Assembly (NCBI GenBank): GCA_050178385.1
Contig: JBFXGD010000070.1
Coordinates: 1 to 15,831, forward strand
Length of the DNA stretch: 15,831 bases
From: Calditrichaceae bacterium
GTDB taxonomy: Bacteria > Calditrichota > Calditrichia > Calditrichales > JBFXGD01
Reading direction: 5' to 3'
Within the stretch, counting starts at the first letter, position 1. The number at the start of each line of letters is the position of its first letter. Of this stretch, positions 10,684-15,831 are shown in pieces. Made by a program: the position numbers and the translations under genes. The notes beneath the pieces were generated by a model that searched no databases, was not told the origin of the DNA, and worked only from the letters and a program-made list of their open reading frames with translations.

Positions 10684-11187
10684 ATGCGTTTTGCAATATT
10701 ATGGACTTTTTCAATACTGACTTTAATGAGTTGTTCTGAAAAATCGGCTTATCTGGTAAAAGGGGATGCCGTTCCCGATATAGAGTTCCGCGCCGTGGAT
10801 GGCGAGTCGTTGACATTTAATGAGTTCAAGGGGAAGACGATATTAATTCATTTTTGGGCGGACTGGTGTTCGGAATGCCGCGCGGAGTTTCCAAAACTCG
10901 AACAAGCGTATCAGAAATACAGGGCGGATGGGTTTGAAATTTTAGCTGTTAATGTGGCGCAATCCCAATCCCATGTTCAGTCATTTAAAGACGAGTATGG
11001 TTTGAATTTCCCGATGCTGATGGATGAAAATTCAGCCATCGCGAAAAAATTCGGAATCCGCGGCCTGCCCACTAATTATTTCATCGGTAAGGAGGGCAGG
11101 GTGGAAAGGGTGATTATCGGCTGGGTTGATGAGGAGCAGATCTCCCTGGTGTTAAATAATATCAATTCAAAAGGAGTTTATGAATGA
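10684..11187 (+). CDS. TlpA/ResA-like thiol:disulfide oxidoreductase lipoprotein
   Basis: Lipobox LMSC, HFWADWCSECRAEFP (CxxC), cis-Pro GLPTNYFI. Start at ATG 10684 with a GGGAG RBS. Confidence 0.9.
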   Translation: MRFAILWTFSILTLMSCSEKSAYLVKGDAVPDIEFRAVDGESLTFNEFKGKTILIHFWADWCSECRAEFPKLEQAYQKYRADGFEILAVNVAQSQSHVQSFKDEYGLNFPMLMDENSAIAKKFGIRGLPTNYFIGKEGRVERVIIGWVDEEQISLVLNNINSKGVYE

Positions 11188-11678
11188 GAAATATTTTGAT
11201 CTTTGTGGCGGGTATAATTTTAATGGTCACGGCGTGTTCAAAAAAGGAAGAGCCCAAAATACAAAGTCTTTCAAAAGAGGCGGTTGCAGAAACACATCAT
11301 TGCGCCAATTGCGGAATGATAACCAATGAATATCCCGTTTGGGAAAAAACAATGGTTTCCGCTGACCACGGAACAGAATACTTTGACAGCGCGAAATGTA
11401 TGTTCATGGTAATTCTGGATTCCGCAAAAGCTCCGGGGCAGATCTCTGAAATTATCACAAAGGACTTTATCACTTCCAATGAACTAGACGCCAGAGATGC
11501 GTATTATGTTATGGGATCCGATGTGATGGGTCCGATGGGTAAAGATTTGGTCTCATTTGGATCACGGAACGCGGCGCAAACGTTTGTTTCGGAGCATGGC
11601 GGGGACGAAGTCCTGGAGTTTAGTGACATCAATATGGCGGTCATACAAAAATTAAACGGTAAAATGATGATGAAATAA
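11184..11678 (+). CDS. NosL-family metal-binding lipoprotein
   Basis: Lipobox VTAC, CANCGM, FDSAKCM, AYYVMGSDVMGPMG, F...HGG. ATGA overlap with the upstream gene. Confidence 0.85.
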   Translation: MRNILIFVAGIILMVTACSKKEEPKIQSLSKEAVAETHHCANCGMITNEYPVWEKTMVSADHGTEYFDSAKCMFMVILDSAKAPGQISEIITKDFITSNELDARDAYYVMGSDVMGPMGKDLVSFGSRNAAQTFVSEHGGDEVLEFSDINMAVIQKLNGKMMMK

Positions 11679-11700
11679 TGCTGATGAGGCATAAACTCAT

Positions 11701-11729
11701 TTGACTTTTAAATTTAAAATGATTATTTT
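11701..11729 (+). promoter_or_regulatory. Putative tRNA promoter
   Basis: TTGACT (11701-11706), 17 bp, TATTTT (11724-11729). Confidence 0.6.
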
Positions 11730-11751
11730 TTCGAACTCAAAATTTGAGGCT

Positions 11752-11836
11752 GCCGGAGTGGTGGAATTGGTAGACGCGCTGGACTCAAAATCCAGTGAGG
11801 GTTGACCTCGTGTCGGTTCGAGCCCGACCTCCGGTA
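11752..11836 (+). tRNA. tRNA-Leu (anticodon CAA)
   Basis: Acceptor GCCGGAG/CTCCGGT, D arm GTGGAATTGGTAGACGC, anticodon arm CTGGA-CTCAAAA-TCCAG, long variable arm, T arm GTCGG-TTCGAGC-CCGAC, discriminator A; followed by CCG rather than CCA. Confidence 0.97.
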
Positions 11837-11847
11837 CCGGAAAGATT

Positions 11848-11890
11848 AAGGGTTTACAGAACTGAGGAAATTTCTGTAAACCCTTTTTTT
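11848..11890 (+). terminator. Intrinsic terminator after tRNA-Leu
   Basis: AAGGGTTTACAGAA / TTCTGTAAACCCTT 14-bp stem followed by a T run. Confidence 0.88.
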
Positions 11891-12310
11891 ATGGCATCCG
11901 CGCCGGACAAATCTATTTGTAACGGATTCAACAATACATCGGCGTGATTTTTTCCTTCCAGCGTAGTTCTTCAGCTAACAATGATCTTGATATTCTCCTC
12001 ATTTAAAGTATTATTCTGTTTTCGTTGATTACAGAATACTATTTATTGTTCAATCCGTTAGGTTTTTATTTTTTTTATTGCTATGGATCAGGACAGACAT
12101 TATGTTTTTAACATCATAGGAATTGGCCTCTTAATTAAGCATTCGTAACAAAAACAGGATATTGACCAGATAATCGAGTATGTAAGTCACGTGGCGGAGC
12201 TTTATTCATGTAAATATAAAAATGCCTATTAGTTTATAGTAGTAGTAGAGTATGACTTGATATAGAACGTGTGAATAAACACTAAATTATTCTGATATCA
12301 AACGATTCTG

Positions 12311-12373
12311 TTTTTCTAATATTAGAAAAAAATGTCTATATTTAGAAAACCTTTTCCAATATTAGAAAAAAAT
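12311..12373. repeat. Three palindromic units at 20-bp period (putative operators or recombinase accessory sites)
   Basis: TTTTTCTAATATTAGAAAAA (perfect palindrome, 12311-12330), AATGTCTATATTTAGAAAAC (12331-12350), CTTTTCCAATATTAGAAAAA (12351-12370). Confidence 0.85.
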
Positions 12374-12389
12374 CAGCCGCCTAATGGGC

Positions 12390-12409
12390 GGCTAATAACT
12401 ATGATAGGA
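12390..12409 (+). mobile_element. attI-like site at the head of the cassette array
   Basis: GGCTAAT-AACTAT-G/ATAGGA resembles the inverted L box, spacer and R core of attI sites (cf. attI1 CCCTAAA-ACAAA-G/TT). Identity with the downstream repeat copy starts exactly at this G. Confidence 0.5.
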
Positions 12410-12552
12410 CCGACCTAAACGGTCGGTCCTATCGTAGCGGCGGCTTTTCAATCCGCCTTCCCGGCCGCCCTTGGCGGCCTATCAGGCGAATCGAACCGAC
12501 AAGTCCTTTTGAGCGCAAGCGCTCAAGGCCTTGCGGCTCATCCGCCGCTACG
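12403..12552 (+). repeat. Gene-less, GC-rich multi-hairpin cassette, copy 1 (~149 bp), ending in an atypical attC (12477-12558)
   Basis: 123/126 identity with 15706-15831. Hairpins at 12403-12433, 12463-12479 and 12509-12526; 12434-12443 pairs with 12542-12551; R''-like GCCTATC, L'' AATCGAAC, L' GCTCATC, R' GTTAGAC. Confidence 0.85.
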
Positions 12553-12586
12553 TTAGACCGCTAAAAAAGTATTAGTGGAGGACTGA

Positions 12587-13117
12587 ATGCAAAAACCATC
12601 AGAAAAAGTATCAAAACACAAATCATTTTTCTTTACAATGCCTGGTGCGATAATATTGGCGGCTGTAATTACCGCTGTATTTGGGATAATTGGTGTAATG
12701 ATAGTACATGATAATCAGCCAATTATCGCTGTTCAACAAGAAGGTTCTCAACAAAGTCAGAATTCTATCTTATCACCAATTAATAATGAGATTGTGATAA
12801 ATCCAATACGTGTTGAAGGTACATTGTCATCATATTCCGAAGAATCTTTTTTCTGGTTAGCTGTTCAAGTTGGTAATCTACTTTGGCCAAAAGTGGAAAT
12901 AAGGTCTACCGAATTCGAATGGACAAAATATGTTAATGAAAGAGAACAACCAGGGAAAAGATTCGGCATAGTCCTAATCAGGATAGATACAGAAGGTCAA
13001 CGGATTGTTAAAAATTGGTTCCAGGAAGGTGATGCAAGTGGTCATTATCCTGGTTTTGAGATTGTCCCAAACAGTGAGACCTTAGATATTGTTAAAGTAA
13101 TGTTTGATGAGCAATAA
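12587..13117 (+). CDS. Hypothetical membrane-anchored protein (cassette 1)
   Basis: GGAGG RBS, one N-terminal hydrophobic helix, Q/S linker, beta-strand-rich C-terminal domain; fills the cassette. Confidence 0.8.
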   Translation: MQKPSEKVSKHKSFFFTMPGAIILAAVITAVFGIIGVMIVHDNQPIIAVQQEGSQQSQNSILSPINNEIVINPIRVEGTLSSYSEESFFWLAVQVGNLLWPKVEIRSTEFEWTKYVNEREQPGKRFGIVLIRIDTEGQRIVKNWFQEGDASGHYPGFEIVPNSETLDIVKVMFDEQ

Positions 13118-13140
13118 TGTAAATTATTCATTACAAAGCG

Positions 13141-13231
13141 GTCTAACCATGTGCTGCAGTGGACGCCTTCAGCTGTGGCATGAGCAATGTCATTGGTAAA
13201 ATCCGGCGCCACTGAGCACTGGCCGATAGCT
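13141..13231 (+). mobile_element. attC site of cassette 1
   Basis: R'' GTCTAAC, 5-nt spacer, L'' GCTGCAGT with one extrahelical base, L' ACTGAGC, 7-nt spacer, R' GATAGCT. Confidence 0.88.
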
Positions 13232-13246
13232 TTTGGGTAAAGTTTT

Positions 13247-14134
13247 ATGAATTTATATAAATACGTTGTAGCTGATAGATTTGATATTTTACAGAACAAA
13301 CAAATACGTTTTACTCAACCTACATCTTTTAATGATCCTTTCGAACTTCAACCCTTTTTGTCTTCTGTTGCAAGTCCTACGTATTTTTCAGATTTAATGA
13401 AATCTGATGGTTTTAAGAAAGATTATAATGAAAAATTATTAGAACTAATTGAAAAAAATCTTCCACAAAATATGCATACTTACAAAGACCAATTACTTAG
13501 TCTTGCAAGAGAAATAAACCTCGATAATTTTGTAACTCCCCTTTTAGATCAAATAAATCCGATTTTTAGATCAACAATGTTCGAAGGAATAAATAACTCA
13601 ATTGGAATATTAAGTTTATGTGAAAATCCAGACAGCTTATTAATGTGGGCTCACTATTCTAACTCACATACAGGCTTTGTTATTGAGTTTGATATGAACC
13701 ACAACTTTTTCTCCGAAAGACTATCTTCAGAAAATTCATTACATGGGCTAAAAAAAATAATTTATTGCCATAGTCGTCCTGCCCTCATATTGATGGACGA
13801 TGTCACAGAAGCTATCAAAACTGATGAAGGCAAATTTATCAATGATATCTTTTTTACTAAAAGTTCTGAATGGAAATATGAAAAAGAATGGAGAATGTTA
13901 AATCCATTAAAAGATGCTACTACAACATTTAACAATAACGGGGAAGATATTTTTTTATTTGATATTGAACCGAAATGTATAAAACGGATTATATTTGGTT
14001 GCAGAACTGAAGAGCCTACGGAAATCAAAATTAAAAAAATAATAAATGAATCGACTGAATTTTCGCATATAAAAACTTGTAAGTCGTTAATTGACCAAAA
14101 AGAATTTAAGTTAAATATAGTGGAAAAAAGCTAA
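13247..14134 (+). CDS. DUF2971-family protein (cassette 2)
   Basis: LYKY, FNDPFE, LLMWAHYSNSHTGFVIEFD, FTKSSEWKYEKEWR, IIFG motifs; the stop codon lies inside the attC R'' box. Confidence 0.87.
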   Translation: MNLYKYVVADRFDILQNKQIRFTQPTSFNDPFELQPFLSSVASPTYFSDLMKSDGFKKDYNEKLLELIEKNLPQNMHTYKDQLLSLAREINLDNFVTPLLDQINPIFRSTMFEGINNSIGILSLCENPDSLLMWAHYSNSHTGFVIEFDMNHNFFSERLSSENSLHGLKKIIYCHSRPALILMDDVTEAIKTDEGKFINDIFFTKSSEWKYEKEWRMLNPLKDATTTFNNNGEDIFLFDIEPKCIKRIIFGCRTEEPTEIKIKKIINESTEFSHIKTCKSLIDQKEFKLNIVEKS

Positions 14135-14224
14135 CACAAGGTTCAAGGTGAATTTGTTCGTCGGAGCATGATTCAGGGTTCGAGTAATTTACAATCGCAA
14201 ATCACCTTAACCTCATGGTTATAT
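14129..14224 (+). mobile_element. attC site of cassette 2
   Basis: R'' AGCTAAC, 5 nt, L'' GTTCAAGG (extra C, i.e. extrahelical G on the bottom strand), L' CCTTAAC, 6 nt, R' GTTATAT; fully canonical. Confidence 0.92.
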
Positions 14225-14291
14225 GGGTATTTGATAAACGATGAAAGTGTGCAGAAGATTATTGATCTGCGATACTAAAAGGAAAAGAATA

Positions 14292-15551
14292 ATGAAAAAA
14301 GAAAAGATATTTTTTTTGTTACTATTTTTTTTGTTGAGTTGTTTTAATTCACAAGCTCAACAAAGTGAAAAATTAGAACCTTATATAAATACTTTGAAAG
14401 AAAAAGGCGATGAACCAATTCATTTTATCCTTGATAAATTGGATAATTACGGTCTTATTCTTTTTGACGACGCATTACATACGGCTGTTGAACCTTTTGA
14501 ATTTTACCAGAATTTGATCAAAAATGTGGGTTTCCAAAAAAAGGTCAAATATATCTTTCTCGAGGCTATTTCTGTTAATGAGCAGCCTGCCCTGGATGCT
14601 TACTTTAATTCAGAAATCGATGATTTAAAGCTTTCGTATCCTGCCTTTCAAAACGATTTTAGCGGAACCGGTTGGCCCTACAAAACCTATTTTGATTTAC
14701 TACAAACCATTTGGAAAACAAATTCAACGCTACCGGTTCAAGATCGATTTAAGGTGGTTGCAGTGAATGCGCCCACTTATTGGAAAGAAATAGATACACA
14801 GAAAGATTTGGATTTATTCCGACTTTCACTTGTGGGAAATGATTATACAATGTACAAGATCATTCTTTCATATTTGGATAATTTTAAATCTGAGGAAAAA
14901 GGTATATTTTTAACCAATACACGCCATGCCTACAAGGGAATTAAAAACCAGGAAAATAAATATTACTGGAATTGTGGAACATTTTTTTACTTACACAATC
15001 AGGGAAAAACCTATTCTGTGCGTTTCCATAACATTAATTTAAGTTTCGAAGAGAAAAAAGAAGTGGATCCTAAAACTCCCAAAACCACAGAAGGGCTTGA
15101 AGATGTAATTGTCAAGTGGGTGCGGATGGAAAAAGGATTATGGGATAGTGCATTTGAAGCATTTGGAAATATGCCTAGTGCGTTTGATTTAAAAGGTACA
15201 CCATTTGGCAATACCGGATATATTGGTAACCACATGTTTAATGTGGCATCGGGTCAAACAATGTATGATGCTTACGACGCGCTGATTTTTTTAGCACCTG
15301 TTGAGAAACTTCACCAGACAGCTATGGTTGATTTCATATACACGGATGAATATAAACATGAGTTGGAAAGGCGGTCAAATTTTCTTTACAATGGAGAACA
15401 AATAAATAAAATTTTAACCGATAAAGGTTTAAAATCTTTAAGAGAATTTATAGATACCTATTTTATTTACAAGCCTGAAATATTGCAGCCACTGGCAAAA
15501 GAGATTGGTCCTATTGATGCATGGAAAACCAAAAATAATCAAAATCATTAA
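14292..15551 (+). CDS. Exported hypothetical protein, possibly EreA/ChaN-like fold (cassette 3)
   Basis: Signal peptide MKKEKIFFLLLFFLLSCFNSQA; LILFDDALH, YIFLE, NTRHA and C-terminal YDALIFL resemble EreA/ChaN-superfamily motifs. Start at 14292 with an AAGGA RBS; the ORF track gives 14241. Confidence 0.7.
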   Translation: MKKEKIFFLLLFFLLSCFNSQAQQSEKLEPYINTLKEKGDEPIHFILDKLDNYGLILFDDALHTAVEPFEFYQNLIKNVGFQKKVKYIFLEAISVNEQPALDAYFNSEIDDLKLSYPAFQNDFSGTGWPYKTYFDLLQTIWKTNSTLPVQDRFKVVAVNAPTYWKEIDTQKDLDLFRLSLVGNDYTMYKIILSYLDNFKSEEKGIFLTNTRHAYKGIKNQENKYYWNCGTFFYLHNQGKTYSVRFHNINLSFEEKKEVDPKTPKTTEGLEDVIVKWVRMEKGLWDSAFEAFGNMPSAFDLKGTPFGNTGYIGNHMFNVASGQTMYDAYDALIFLAPVEKLHQTAMVDFIYTDEYKHELERRSNFLYNGEQINKILTDKGLKSLREFIDTYFIYKPEILQPLAKEIGPIDAWKTKNNQNH

Positions 15552-15580
15552 TGCAAAGAGCAGTCTATGGTATGATTAAC

Positions 15581-15712
15581 AAATAACAATTGGCTGCACT
15601 TGAAGGCGAGGGCTATAAGATTTTAGGGAATTTGTAGATTTACTCATGTTTTGTTTGCTTCTTGAAGTTTTGTGCTAATCCATCCCGCCGCAAGTGAGCC
15701 ATACCGATAGGA
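15581..15712 (+). mobile_element. attC site of cassette 3
   Basis: R'' AAATAAC, 5 nt, L'' GCTGCACT, L' AGTGAGC, 6 nt, R' GATAGGA. Confidence 0.88.
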
Positions 15713-15831
15713 CCGACCTAAACGGTCGGCCCTATCGTAGCGGCGGCTTTTCAATCCGCCTTCCCGGCCGCCCTTGGCGGCCTATCAGGCGAATCGAACC
15801 GACAAGCCCTTTTGAGCGCAAACGCTCAAGG
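15706..15831 (+). repeat. Gene-less multi-hairpin cassette, copy 2 (truncated by the window end)
   Basis: Differs from 12403-12528 only at 15730, 15807 and 15822; starts exactly at the R' G of the preceding attC. Confidence 0.9.

Larger units (their letters stand above)
12403..15831 (+). mobile_element. Integron-type gene cassette array with no integrase in the window (CALIN-like); continues past the window end
   Basis: Co-oriented, unrelated AT-rich ORFs each followed by an attC site; cassette ends are complementary to their own starts. Confidence 0.88.

Noticed and set aside
11891..12310. Integrase (intI) gene or pseudogene
   Set aside because: The frames read by eye gave only very short ORFs with no tyrosine-recombinase motifs; a highly decayed remnant cannot be excluded without a search.
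12311..12373. CRISPR-like interpretation of the short palindromic repeats
   Set aside because: Units abut at 20-bp period with no unique spacers, and there are no cas genes.
13045..15235. Minus-strand ORFs 13045-13299, 13762-14028 and 15011-15235
   Set aside because: Antisense to cassette genes or spanning an attC, with no motifs.
12403..15831. Composite transposon or IS bounded by the two repeats
   Set aside because: No transposase and no target-site duplication; the boundaries coincide with cassette core sites instead.

Overview
Bacterial chromosomal window with two parts. (1) 1-11890 is core housekeeping DNA: the 3' end of an SNF2-family helicase; a minus-strand operon folB-folK-deoxynucleoside kinase-small membrane protein-GAF/HD-GYP phosphodiesterase; a stand-alone groEL (no adjacent groES) under a CIRCE operator; long-form glucose-1-phosphate thymidylyltransferase; enoyl-CoA hydratase plus a histidine kinase; type I glutamine synthetase; TlpA-like and NosL-like lipoproteins; and tRNA-Leu(CAA). 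(2) Downstream of the tRNA (~12300-15831) is a visibly AT-richer integron-type gene-cassette array with no integrase in the window (CALIN-like). It has an attI-like site and a candidate promoter flanked by palindromic operators, three ORF cassettes each closed by a clear attC site (hypothetical membrane protein, DUF2971 protein, exported EreA/ChaN-like protein), and two near-identical copies of a ~149-bp gene-less, GC-rich, multi-hairpin cassette. This repeated element begins with a non-canonical G/ATAG core, carries matching CTATC boxes and has REP-like GTAG...CTAC ends; it is the most unusual feature. Product calls come from motif recognition by eye, not database searches.
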